Below, in pieces: positions 1 through 10,559 of a DNA stretch of 64,000 nucleotides. Every line of letters starts with the position of its first letter. The first letter of the stretch is position 1. A program made the position numbers and the translations under genes. A model generated the notes under the pieces. It had not been told where the DNA came from. It ran no database searches and worked only from the letters and a program-made list of their open reading frames with translations. Source of the DNA: Acidobacteriota bacterium (GTDB lineage Bacteria > Acidobacteriota > UBA890 > WLXD01); contig CBDFKD010000002.1 in the NCBI GenBank assembly GCA_965248695.1, forward strand, positions 4,480,001-4,544,000, read 5' to 3'.

Positions 1-580
1 CCAGGCGCGTGCGGATGGCCTCTTCCTGTTCCGCGCTGGTGTGCGGGTCCTCGCCCGGGGGCACGTACCCCATGAGCTCGAGGCTCCGCACGATCCGGTC
101 GAGGCTCTCCTCCAGGGTCTCCTGCTCCGTGTCGCAGACGATCTCGGGGTTGACCGGCTCCTCGTAGGGATCGGAGACACCGGTGAAGTTCGGAATCTCA
201 CCGGCCAGCGCTCGCTTGTAGAGGCCCTTGGGATCTCGCCGTGCCAGCTCCTCGATGCTGCAACGCGTGTACACCTCGACGAAATTCTCGATCGTGCCGC
301 GTAGCTCATCGCGAATCTCGCGATACGGAGATATGGCCGCGGAGATCGCCGCGACGCCATTGCGGCTGAGTAGATTGCAGACGTATCCGATTCGACGGAT
401 GTTGGTGTCGCGGTCCTCTTTCGAAAACCCGAGTCCCTTGGAGAGGTTCGTCCGTACTTCGTCGCCGTCGAGAATCTCGACTCGCAGCCCGCGTTCGAGC
501 AAGACCGCTTCGAGTGCAGTTGACAGGGTGGATTTGCCGGATCCGGAAAGCCCCGTGAACCAGAGCGTGAAGCCCTTCAT
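1..580 (-). CDS. cysC: Adenylyl-sulfate (APS) kinase, 3' end runs off window
   Basis: Hand translation from ATG at 580 gives [20 protein letters not shown] (P-loop), [37 protein letters not shown] upstream. Missing from the ORF track because it is truncated. Confidence 0.95.
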   Translation of the reverse strand, partial: MKGFTLWFTGLSGSGKSTLSTALEAVLLERGLRVEILDGDEVRTNLSKGLGFSKEDRDTNIRRIGYVCNLLSRNGVAAISAAISPYREIRDELRGTIENFVEVYTRCSIEELARRDPKGLYKRALAGEIPNFTGVSDPYEEPVNPEIVCDTEQETLEESLDRIVRSLELMGYVPPGEDPHTSAEQEEAIRTRL

Positions 581-595
581 CTTCGCAAACTCCTT

Positions 596-873
596 CTAGT
601 GGCCTGTAACAGATGATCGTTGCATATCGTGGTGACGAAATGGGTCCGGATGCCAGGCGCACCGACAAGACGATGTTTGCCCATCTTGGAGGAGGAGCAA
701 CGCCGCAGACGGGCCGATTTCGCCATCATCCTCCGGACAGATGGGCAGTTGTGGGCGATATCGGCGTTGCAACTCGTCGACGATGCATCCTGCATCGCCT
801 TCCTCCTCGCGCCTTGATCTCACCCGCAAATCCCATCTGCGATATGCAACGATCATCTGTTACAGGCCACTAG
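596..873. mobile_element. MITE-like non-autonomous element, copy 1 (278 bp)
   Basis: Perfect 34-bp inverted repeat including terminal CTAG (596-629 vs 840-873), two internal long hairpin arms, no credible ORF; lies between sat and cysC. Confidence 0.8.
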
Positions 874-929
874 GACGTAGTGGGTCGCCAAGGCGGGCCC
901 GATCGAGCGAATCTCGTATATGAGGCCGG

Positions 930-2099
930 CTAGGCGACAGTGCCGACAGTGGACGCCTGATAGTGGCGTCGCAGAATCTCGGCGACTTCCGGGCGGGTGA
1001 ACTCCGCCGGCAAGTCCTCCCCGCGCGCCAGCATGTCGCGGATCTTGGTGCCGCTGAGGAACACATGCTGATCGCTGTCGTGCGGGCACGTCTTCTGTGA
1101 CGCCATGTTCTGACACGCGTGGCAATAGAACGCGTGGTCGAAGAACAGCGGCGTGATGCCGATCTCGAGCGCCTCGAACTCCTGGAAGATCGTGTGCGCA
1201 TCGTAGGTGCCGTAGTAGCCGCCGACACCGGCATGGTCACGGCCGACGATGAAGTGCGTGCATCCGTAGTTCTTGCGCACGATGGCGTGGAAGACGGCCT
1301 CGCGAGGGCCGGCATAGCGCATCGCCGCTGGCAGAATCGAAAGTGCGACGCGGGCCCGCGGGTAGTAGTTGTGCAGCAGCGTCTCGTAGCACTCGAGCCG
1401 TACTTCCGCTGGGATGTCGTCGGATTTCGTCTCGCCCATGATCGGGTGGATCAGGAGCGCGTCGACCAGCTCGAGGGCGCACTTCTGCAGATACTCGTGG
1501 GCGCGGTGGATGGGGTTACGGGTCTGGAAAGCGGCGACGCTGTTCCAGCCCTTTGCCTTGAACAACACACGGGTCTCGCGCGGATCGAGCCGCGAGCTTT
1601 CGAAGCGAGAGTGAGAAGGGCGCTCCAACAGAGTGATGCGCCCGCCCAAATACGTATCGCCGCTCGAGCGAAGATAGGCGACGCCGGGGTGCGCCGCGTC
1701 GTTCGTTTGCAGCACGTCGAGTGCCTCGCGTTCCTTGTCGGGGCGGTAAATGTCGGCTAGCTCGAGCACTCCGTGTAGCGTGCCGTCGGGGCCTTCCAGG
1801 GCCACCGGTTCCCCGATGACGAGATTGGCTGCGTGGCCAGCATCGACCGCCAGCGTGATCGGTATCGTCCACGGTAGGCCGCCGGGGAAGCGCCCGTGGG
1901 CGCAGACGTGCTCGTAGTCCTCACGGGCCATGAAGCCTTCCATCGGGCTCATGGCGCCGGTGGCGATCATCTCCAGATCGGAGGTTTCGCGCCGGTTCAT
2001 GCGGACAACGGGAAGAGTGTCGATGCGCGCCATCCACTGGTCACGCTCGGTCGACGATGCGAAGCGGTCGATGAGACGCCCGCCATGGGCTTTGATCAT
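930..2099 (-). CDS. sat: Sulfate adenylyltransferase (ATP sulfurylase)
   Basis: AHGGRL N-terminus, FQTRNPIHRAHEY, MRYAGPREA, GCTHFIVGRDHAG. ATG at 2099 overlaps the upstream stop (TAATG). Confidence 0.97.
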   Translation of the reverse strand: MIKAHGGRLIDRFASSTERDQWMARIDTLPVVRMNRRETSDLEMIATGAMSPMEGFMAREDYEHVCAHGRFPGGLPWTIPITLAVDAGHAANLVIGEPVALEGPDGTLHGVLELADIYRPDKEREALDVLQTNDAAHPGVAYLRSSGDTYLGGRITLLERPSHSRFESSRLDPRETRVLFKAKGWNSVAAFQTRNPIHRAHEYLQKCALELVDALLIHPIMGETKSDDIPAEVRLECYETLLHNYYPRARVALSILPAAMRYAGPREAVFHAIVRKNYGCTHFIVGRDHAGVGGYYGTYDAHTIFQEFEALEIGITPLFFDHAFYCHACQNMASQKTCPHDSDQHVFLSGTKIRDMLARGEDLPAEFTRPEVAEILRRHYQASTVGTVA

Positions 2100-2314
2100 T
2101 AGAGGTATCCGAGGTTTTCTAACTTCTTGCGGATTGCCACCAGCTCGTCCTGGCTGAGCTCGGAGGGCGGTCCCTCCGGCTCCAGGCTCCCGACCAGGTC
2201 GCGCAGCACGAAGACAATGAAGTCCGTTGCTGAGCTGAACCCCGACCCCTCGATGACTCGCTGCAGGCGGTTGTATAGCGGTCGGGGAATCTTGATGCTT
2301 ACACGGTCGGACAT
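2099..2314 (-). CDS. Small ribbon-helix-helix (CopG-like) protein with C-terminal LGYL helix
   Basis: VSIKIPRPLYNRLQRVIEGSGFSSATDFIVFVLRD fits the RHH pattern; translationally coupled to sat. Confidence 0.8.
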   Translation of the reverse strand: MSDRVSIKIPRPLYNRLQRVIEGSGFSSATDFIVFVLRDLVGSLEPEGPPSELSQDELVAIRKKLENLGYL

Positions 2315-2476
2315 GCAGAAGCCGCTCAGTCGGACGGGCTAGGGCACGGATTGGGTCCAGATCGTAACCCAATCAGAGCCTATTGCAAGTCGATTGCGGC
2401 CGATCAGCTCACGGCCATGCTGGCTGCACAGAGCCGCCCTCAGCTCGCGCCGGCGTCGAAGCGCGTGTTCCTGGGC

Positions 2477-3283
2477 TCAGAAGTAGGCGCTGAGCCTCGC
2501 CACCAGATCGTCGTGTCGGGGTCCATTGCTAGCCAGCAGACCGCGCCGGTTGACGATATCGTGCGGATCGTAGTCGATCCGCTCACCGTCGAAGTCGGTC
2601 AGTCGGCCGCCAGCGGCATGCAGGATCGCCTCCGGGGCGCAGGCGTCCCACAGCTTCGTTCCGGAGGCCGGCTGCAGGTACAGGTCGCACACCCCGGTGC
2701 CGATCTTGCCGATCTTCAGCCCGACGCTTCCAGACTGCATCATGCGTGAGATTCCGAGCTCCGTCTTCATGTTCTCGACCACATCGGGTAGGTGCGATCG
2801 GCTACAAATCAGGGTCAGCTCCGAAAGCTCGTCGGTTGCACCGACCCGCATCGTGTCGGTTCCCTGTGGGCGAACTCGTTCGGCGCCCTCGCCGACGATG
2901 CCACGGTAGAGCGTCTCTTCAGCGGGCTGGGCGACGACGCCGAGCAGCGGGGTGCCCTCGACAACCAAGCCGATCATCACGGCGAACTCGGTCAGGTGTC
3001 GTGTGAACTCTTTGGTGCCGTCCATCGGATCCACCATCCACACGCGGGACTTGCCAACGATCGCCGCGGGGTCGGCCGACTCTTCGGCGAGAATTCCGTC
3101 GGTCGGGAACGCCTCGTGCAGCCGGGCGACGATGTGCTCGTTGGCGGCGCGGTCGGCCTCGGTGACCGGTTCTTCACCGTCTTTGAGCTCGACCTGATAG
3201 TCGCTTCGGTAGAAGCGCATCAGGATCTCAGAGGCCTCGCGGGCGATCGTCTCGGCGAGATCCAGCTCACGAGCGAGGTTCAT
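2477..3283 (-). CDS. cysQ: 3'(2'),5'-bisphosphate nucleotidase (inositol monophosphatase family)
   Basis: PVTEAD, LAEES, WMVDPMDGTKEF, SRSH, GSVGLK, WDACAP motifs; adjacent to sat/cysC. Confidence 0.9.
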   Translation of the reverse strand: MNLARELDLAETIAREASEILMRFYRSDYQVELKDGEEPVTEADRAANEHIVARLHEAFPTDGILAEESADPAAIVGKSRVWMVDPMDGTKEFTRHLTEFAVMIGLVVEGTPLLGVVAQPAEETLYRGIVGEGAERVRPQGTDTMRVGATDELSELTLICSRSHLPDVVENMKTELGISRMMQSGSVGLKIGKIGTGVCDLYLQPASGTKLWDACAPEAILHAAGGRLTDFDGERIDYDPHDIVNRRGLLASNGPRHDDLVARLSAYF

Positions 3284-3515
3284 GCGGTCAGCTCGATCAT
3301 TGACAGCGCGTTGAGGCGGCGGCGGAACTGTGGACACTAACAGGAAGCCGGGCAGGGTGTTCCGCAGTGTCGAGGTACCGACGGCGAGCGCCGACCGATC
3401 GATTCCCCTGCTGCGGGCCACTAGTTGAGCCCCAGTGCTTGACCACCACTCACTGGCCCTGTATCTACCGCCCATCACTAAAGGACGATCCGGGGCACGT
3501 CCCCAGGGGAAGCAA

Positions 3516-3917
3516 ATGGGAGTTGCACGACAACTGACCGTTGGCTGGCAGAACCGGCCGGGGGAGCTGGCGAACTTCTGTGAGGCGCTTGCGGCCGCGG
3601 AAGTGAACATTCTTGCGTTGGCTACCGCCGAAGCCGGCGAATACGGCGCAGTAAGGCTCCTCGTAGATGACGTGCCTCGGGCACGCGAGGTGTTCCGCGA
3701 GCAAGGCGTGGCACATACCAGCATCGAAGTATTTGTGTGCACTCTGGGAAATCACCCTGGCGAGCTGGCAAAGATCGCTCGTGTGCTCTCGGACAACAAG
3801 ATCAACATCGAGTACTTTTACGCCTCGGTGTCACCGGATGACGGGCGTGCGATCGGCGTTTTCAAAGTCTCCGATGCGGCCACTGCCGACGCTTTGCTGG
3901 CGCCGGAACCGGACTGA
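3516..3917 (+). CDS. Tandem ACT-domain protein
   Basis: Two NxPGELA...(V/I)NI repeats typical of 2xACT proteins. Confidence 0.85.
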   Translation: MGVARQLTVGWQNRPGELANFCEALAAAEVNILALATAEAGEYGAVRLLVDDVPRAREVFREQGVAHTSIEVFVCTLGNHPGELAKIARVLSDNKINIEYFYASVSPDDGRAIGVFKVSDAATADALLAPEPD

Positions 3918-3947
3918 TTCGGATAATCGACCCACGGAGTTCCGTAC

Positions 3948-4862
3948 ATGAGCATCGCTCCGCCGGCAGCGCCGCTGCTGACTACCGAGTTGAACGATGT
4001 CGACCTGATCCACCGGGGCAAGGTGCGCGACGTGTATGCCGTCGGCAACGATCTGCTTCTCGTGGCGACCGATCGTGTCTCGGCCTTCGACGTGGTGCTG
4101 CCCGGCGGCGTACCCGGGAAAGGCACGGTGCTGACCCAGCTCTCGTGTTTCTGGTTCGAGCGCCTGAAGCATGTAGTGAGCAACCACCTGATTAGCGCCG
4201 ACGTCGACGAGTTCCCGGAGCTGTTGCAGCCGTTCGCCGCCCAGCTTGCCGGGCGCAGCATGTACGCGCGGAGAGCCGAGCGCTTCGACGTCGAATGCGT
4301 CGTACGCGGATACCTCATCGGCTCCGGATGGCGTGACTACCAGCGCACCGGTGAGGTGTGTGGCATCGAGTTGCAGCCGGGCCTGCGGCAAGCCGACCGG
4401 TTGCCGGAGCCGATCTTCACGCCTTCTACGAAAGCCGACTCGGGACATGACGAGAACGTATCGGTGGCACAGATGGCAGAGATGATCGGCGAGGAATGGA
4501 CGGCGCGGTTGTCGGAGGTGTCGCTGCGGCTCTATTCAGAAGCGGCCGAATACGCCGAGTCGCGCGGCATCATCATCGCCGATACGAAGTTCGAGTTCGG
4601 TCTGGTTGGAGACGAGCTGATCCTCATCGATGAAGCGCTCACCCCGGATTCGTCCCGCTTCTGGCCAGCCACCGAGTACCGTGCGGGGACGAGCCCACCG
4701 TCCTACGACAAGCAGTTCGTGCGCGACTATCTCTCCGAGCTGGATTGGGACAAGACGCCGCCTGGTCCGGCGCTGCCCGACGAGATCGTGCAGCGAACGT
4801 CGGCCAAGTATCACGAGGCATACGAGGTGCTGACGGGCACCCCCATGCCGCACTTCTCCTGA
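3948..4862 (+). CDS. purC: SAICAR synthase
   Basis: RGKVRDVY, ATDRVSAFD, ECVVRGYLIGSGW, IADTKFEFG, DEALTPDSSRFW. Confidence 0.97.
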   Translation: MSIAPPAAPLLTTELNDVDLIHRGKVRDVYAVGNDLLLVATDRVSAFDVVLPGGVPGKGTVLTQLSCFWFERLKHVVSNHLISADVDEFPELLQPFAAQLAGRSMYARRAERFDVECVVRGYLIGSGWRDYQRTGEVCGIELQPGLRQADRLPEPIFTPSTKADSGHDENVSVAQMAEMIGEEWTARLSEVSLRLYSEAAEYAESRGIIIADTKFEFGLVGDELILIDEALTPDSSRFWPATEYRAGTSPPSYDKQFVRDYLSELDWDKTPPGPALPDEIVQRTSAKYHEAYEVLTGTPMPHFS

Positions 4863-4871
4863 GTGCCACCG

Positions 4872-5090
4872 ATGACCCGTAGGCCGACGCTGGAGGTTCG
4901 CCTCCAGGAGCTTGTCAGCGACATGGTGAAGATGGGGATCCGCCTGAAGGAGGCCCACGAGCAGCTGGAGCGACAGTTCCTGCGCGAGGTTCTGTCGGTC
5001 CGCGGCGGCAACCAGAGTCGGGCGGCCGAGACGCTCCAGGTGCACCGCAATACCCTGCGACGCAAGCTCCGCCAGCACGGGCTTCTCTGA
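4872..5090 (+). CDS. Small Fis-type helix-turn-helix protein
   Basis: GGNQSRAAETLQVHRNTLRRKL is a Fis-family HTH; start could be GTG at 4863. Confidence 0.8.
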   Translation: MTRRPTLEVRLQELVSDMVKMGIRLKEAHEQLERQFLREVLSVRGGNQSRAAETLQVHRNTLRRKLRQHGLL

Positions 5091-5171
5091 CACCGTCGGC
5101 GCGGCCTGCTCGGAAGATCTCCGGCGGTTCCGGGGCTGCGCCAGGGACGTCGGAATGGCGCGTCGGCGAGC

Positions 5172-5199
5172 TTGACGCGGCGTGACACCATGCTACGAT
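5172..5199 (+). promoter_or_regulatory. Putative sigma70 promoter of groESL
   Basis: TTGACG (5172-5177), 16-nt spacer, TG-n-TACGAT (-10 at 5194-5199), immediately before CIRCE. Confidence 0.6.
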
Positions 5200-5225
5200 T
5201 GGCAGTCGTCTTAGGAGAGTGCTAG
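5199..5225 (+). promoter_or_regulatory. CIRCE element (HrcA operator)
   Basis: TTGGCAGTC-N9-GAGTGCTAG vs consensus TTAGCACTC-N9-GAGTGCTAA, about 100 nt upstream of groES. Confidence 0.85.
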
Positions 5226-5328
5226 CGGAGTCCACATCAAAGCGCTAAACCCGCGCGGACCCGCTGCCAGCAGGCCCTTCCCATCGGATCGCGTCTGCAT
5301 TCAACACTTCACAAGGAGCTTACAGTCC

Positions 5329-5634
5329 ATGGCGAAGAAGAAGACTGTTGGCGTGCGTCCCCTTTACGACCGGGTTCTGCTCCGTCGTTTGGACGCGGCC
5401 GAGGAGGTTCACGGCGGCATCATCATTCCCGACACCGCCAAGGAAAAGCCGCTCGAGGCCGAGGTGGTCGCCACCGGCGAGGGCAAGCGGAACGACGATG
5501 GCTCGCGCGCCGAGATGGCGGTTTCGCCCGGCGACACAGTTCTCGTCGGCAAGTATGGCGGCACCGAGATCAAGCTCGATGGCGTCGACTACCTCATCGT
5601 CCGCGAGGACGAGATCCTCGGCATCGTCGGCTAA
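5329..5634 (+). CDS. groES: Co-chaperonin GroES
   Basis: [30 protein letters not shown]. Confidence 0.98.
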   Translation: MAKKKTVGVRPLYDRVLLRRLDAAEEVHGGIIIPDTAKEKPLEAEVVATGEGKRNDDGSRAEMAVSPGDTVLVGKYGGTEIKLDGVDYLIVREDEILGIVG

Positions 5635-5646
5635 CGCACGCCCTGA

Positions 5647-7287
<1,641 letters not shown>

Positions 7288-7312
7288 CCGCGAGCTCGTT
7301 CCGACGACGACT

Positions 7313-7367
7313 CGACACACCGGGCCCGGGGCGCACCGAGTTTCGCCCCCGGGCCCGATGTGCGTCG
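7313..7367 (+). terminator. GC-rich stem-loop after groEL
   Basis: CGGGCCCGGGGCG...CGCCCCCGGGCCCG hairpin. No U-tract, so it may instead be a stability hairpin. Confidence 0.5.
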
Positions 7368-7522
7368 GGTCGCAGTGCGCCGCGACGCTGCACCAGGTGT
7401 GATGCCCCGCACGCTTCATAAATTGCCGCCCTGCAACGCGCTTGCTACGATTGATTGACGGCACACGACGCAGTCGTCGCCGTATTCTCTCTAGATACCG
7501 AACCCGCCAGGAGTATGGTCCG

Positions 7523-8068
7523 ATGCGGACGACTACCAGCTTGTTGATCGGCGCGGCAATGTTCGCGTCGGCTGTCCTTGCCACGCCACAGGCGCCGAGC
7601 ACGCGCATCGTCTTCATCGATGGTGACTCTGTGTTGACGGGATCCGAGATCGGGCGTGTAGCCCGAGAACAGCTCGAGGCCGAAGCTGTCAGGTGGCAGG
7701 AAACGCTCAACACGATGACCACGGAGCTCGAGGCGTTGCAGCGCCAGCGCCAGGATCAGGCGTTGACCCTCAACGAGGCCGCGCTGGCGCGCCTCAACCA
7801 GGACATCGAAGAGAAACAGGTCACCGCCCAGCGAACGAACGACGACGCTCGTCGCGAGCTCGAGCGCATGGAGCAGCAGATCACCCTTGACGTCAACGAG
7901 CAGCTCGGGCCCCTGGTGGAACGTTTCGCTGCCGAGAACGGCTACGACGTGATCTTCGACTCGTCACGCGCGCAGGGCGTGTTGTACTTCGGCAACTCCA
8001 CGATAGTCACCACCGAGTTCCTAGCGCTGGTTAACTCCAGCGTGGGTGCCGGTACGTCGCAGGACTGA
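7523..8068 (+). CDS. skp: OmpH/Skp periplasmic chaperone
   Basis: Signal peptide, RIVFID beta strand, long coiled coil, A.ENGYDVIFD C-terminal motif. Confidence 0.85.
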   Translation: MRTTTSLLIGAAMFASAVLATPQAPSTRIVFIDGDSVLTGSEIGRVAREQLEAEAVRWQETLNTMTTELEALQRQRQDQALTLNEAALARLNQDIEEKQVTAQRTNDDARRELERMEQQITLDVNEQLGPLVERFAAENGYDVIFDSSRAQGVLYFGNSTIVTTEFLALVNSSVGAGTSQD

Positions 8069-8160
8069 AACGTCCTGGACAACCGAGTGTGCGGGCTGCT
8101 GCACGGGTCCGCGGGAGAAGTTGCGGGGTTGTGCGCACCTCGCACACACATTGCGGGCTT

Positions 8161-8529
8161 GACCCGCGAGGCAGGGGAACCGCTGTCGATACGCTCGGCA
8201 GAGGAAAGTCGGGACTCCACAGGGCGGCGCGCTGGGTAACCCCCAGCGGGGGAAACCCCGGGAAAGTGCCACAGAGAACAGACCGCCTGCGGCCTTCGGG
8301 CCGTCGGTAAGGGTGAAACGGTGGGGTAAGAGCCCACCAGTGTCGGGGGCGACCCTGGCAGCTAGGTAAACCCCGCGTGGAGCAAGGCCAAATAGGGGAG
8401 CGATGGGCTGGTCCGGCCCGCTCCCGGGTAGGCCGCATGAGGTGTCGGGAGACCGGCATCCCAGATTCATGGTTCCCAGCCTGGCTTCGGCCGGGTGAAC
8501 AGAATCCCGCTTACTAGCCTCGCGGGTCA
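8161..8529 (+). ncRNA. rnpB: RNase P RNA, bacterial type A
   Basis: GAGGAAAGTC, AGTGCCACAGA, GGGTGAAACGG, GGTAAACCCC...GAGCAAG and ACAGAATCCCGCTTA conserved blocks; P1 pairing ACCCGCGAGGC/GCCTCGCGGGT. Confidence 0.96.
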
Positions 8530-8730
8530 TCCCTCATCAGTCCGCAACGGTCGCGGGGTCGCTCGGTACTGTTACGAAGGGCCTCGCGGGTCACTCCTAC
8601 ATCAGGCCGTCCCAGTTGCGGGGCCGCTCGGTACTGTTACGAAGGACCTCGCGGGTCATCCCTCATCAGTCCGCAACGGTCGCGGGGCCGCTCGGTACTG
8701 TTACGAAGGGCCTCGCGGGTCATTCCTCTC
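8517..8730 (+). repeat. Tandem 64-65 bp repeats (3 full plus 1 partial) downstream of rnpB
   Basis: Unit starts (G/A)CCTCGCGGGTCA at 8517, 8581, 8646 and 8710. Confidence 0.9.
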
Positions 8731-8734
8731 ATAA

Positions 8735-9202
8735 CTAGAAGGGGATGTCGTCGTCGTTAACCGGGGCGTCGCCACCGGCGCCACCGCCGGCGCCACCGCC
8801 GGAGCCACCGCCGCCATCTCCGGGTCCGCCAGCTGGCCCGGGATCACCGTAGTCTCCGCCGCCGCCACTGCCACCGCTAGCCCGTCCGAGGAGCTGAATG
8901 TTGTCGGCCACGACCTCGGTTGTGTAGCGGGTGTTGCCGTCGCGGTCCTCCCACTGGCGCGTTTGCAGGCGGCCCTCGATGTACAGCTGCTTCCCCTTGT
9001 TGGCGTACTGGTTGACGATCTCGGCCGTTCTCGCCCAGGCAACGCAGCGATGCCACTCGGTCTGTTCCTGTTGGTTACCGTCGCGGTCCTTGTATCTCCG
9101 GCTCGTAGCAAGCGAGAAGTTGGCCACGGCAGTCCCGCTGGCGGTGTAGCGCAGCTCGGGGTCTCGGCCCACGTTTCCTATCAAAGTGACCTTGTTGATC
9201 AT
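8735..9202 (-). CDS. ssb: Single-stranded DNA-binding protein
   Basis: INKVTLIGNVGRDPELRY, TEWHR, Gly-rich linker, DDDIPF tail. Confidence 0.98.
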   Translation of the reverse strand: MINKVTLIGNVGRDPELRYTASGTAVANFSLATSRRYKDRDGNQQEQTEWHRCVAWARTAEIVNQYANKGKQLYIEGRLQTRQWEDRDGNTRYTTEVVADNIQLLGRASGGSGGGGDYGDPGPAGGPGDGGGGSGGGAGGGAGGDAPVNDDDIPF

Positions 9203-9348
9203 GTCGCCCCCCTGTGATTACCGACTGTAGACGCTACCGGATGATGAGAAGGCCATGCGGCGCCTGGATTCCAGCACGAGAGTGTCGGCCGTGGCCCGGC
9301 GCCACGCAAGTCGCGCCGCCCCAGCGCAGGGCGACATAGCTCGCCGGA

Positions 9349-9846
9349 TCAGCGCTTCTGCAGGATCACCGACACCCCGGCGTCCCCGATCCACCAACCG
9401 CTCGCGCCTCCTTGCAACGTGACCATGACCTGCAGGTCGACATTGCCTGCCCCGAATTCGAAGGGGATGGTCATGCTGCCCATCACCCAACCGTCGTCGC
9501 TGGTGGCGGTCTCATTGCCCGAGCAAAAACCGTCGCCGCCGCCCAGACTCTGCCCGATTGCCACGCCGTTCACCATGATGTCGATCGAGACCCAGTCATC
9601 AACGCCGCCTTCAACGCTGCACTCCCCGCTGAAGGTGACCACTCCGTACCCCTTCTTGGCGACGTTGAATTGCAGGGTGTCTCCAATCACGTTGCCGTCC
9701 AAGTCCGTGCCGAGATCGACCAATGCGTCAGCGGCTCCCGTCTGGTTCCCGGGGCTACTGGCCCCGTAGATCCGGATTGCCCACGCTGAGGTCGCCAAGT
9801 TCAGTATCAGCGTGCATGTCAGGGCGACGACCCCGAGTTTCCTCAT
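9349..9846 (-). CDS. Secreted beta-rich hypothetical protein (paralog A)
   Basis: Signal peptide ending AWA; colinear similarity with 10028..10528. Confidence 0.8.
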   Translation of the reverse strand: MRKLGVVALTCTLILNLATSAWAIRIYGASSPGNQTGAADALVDLGTDLDGNVIGDTLQFNVAKKGYGVVTFSGECSVEGGVDDWVSIDIMVNGVAIGQSLGGGDGFCSGNETATSDDGWVMGSMTIPFEFGAGNVDLQVMVTLQGGASGWWIGDAGVSVILQKR

Positions 9847-10027
9847 CCGTTTGCTCCTACGGGTGGCGCGTCCCACCCGCCGCCGGCCGCAGACATACGA
9901 CGCGACGACCCCTAACGTGTCGCAGGCGGATAGAAAGTGCCCGGACGGTAGACGGTCGGACGACCCGCAGCAAGGCAGGCAACGGGTGAGGGCCGGCTGA
10001 CGGAGCGCCGGCCGACCGCGATAAGTC

Positions 10028-10528
10028 CTAGCTCCTCTGAATGAGGACCGTCAGCGCGAGGTCGCCAATCCACCAGCCGGCGGCCCCACCGGCCGGCGTG
10101 ACCTGGACCTGCAATTCATAGCTACCGGCAGTGAGCTCGGTCGGAACGGTCATGCTGGCCATCACCCACTGGTCGTTGAACCCGGCAAAGCTGTTGCCAG
10201 AGCAAAACGTGTCGGCGTCTCCAGCGGTCGGCGAGAGCGCCGTGCCGTTCAAGAGCAAGTCGATGCTCACCCACTGCTGTTCGTTGCCGTCGACAGCGCA
10301 CTCGGCGCTAAATGTGATGATCACGGGACCGTCTTTCGCCAGGACGACCTGAAGCGTCTCGTCGACCTCGTTGTCAGCGAGGTCGTTCCCGAGGTCCAGA
10401 AGGCTCTGCGCCGTCCCCATCTGATTGCCGGGATTCGTCGTCCCCAGAATGCGCACGGCCGCGGCCGCGGCGATCATAGGCACCATCGCCAGTGCCAGAA
10501 CCAGAGCAAGCGGCGCCAGACGTTTCAT
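10028..10528 (-). CDS. Secreted beta-rich hypothetical protein (paralog B)
   Basis: Signal peptide; shares PGNQ, TFS.EC.V, WVSID, FCSGN, GWWIGD with paralog A. Confidence 0.8.
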   Translation of the reverse strand: MKRLAPLALVLALAMVPMIAAAAAVRILGTTNPGNQMGTAQSLLDLGNDLADNEVDETLQVVLAKDGPVIITFSAECAVDGNEQQWVSIDLLLNGTALSPTAGDADTFCSGNSFAGFNDQWVMASMTVPTELTAGSYELQVQVTPAGGAAGWWIGDLALTVLIQRS

Positions 10529-10559
10529 TGGATCGAGGCTCCCGCAGTCAACACGGCGA

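Noticed and set aside
577-923. Several short ORFs with identical starts on both strands (MIVAYR...)
   Set aside because: Artefacts of the terminal inverted repeats of the 278-bp element.
2100-2372. N-terminal extension of Sat in the ORF track
   Set aside because: Region is occupied by the RHH gene in another frame; Sat similarity starts at ATG 2099.
8517-8730. Possible mini CRISPR array (41-nt constant part, ~24-nt variable part)
   Set aside because: First and third variable parts are identical and the second is related, the repeat overlaps the rnpB 3' end, and there are no cas genes in the window. It is a tandem repeat.
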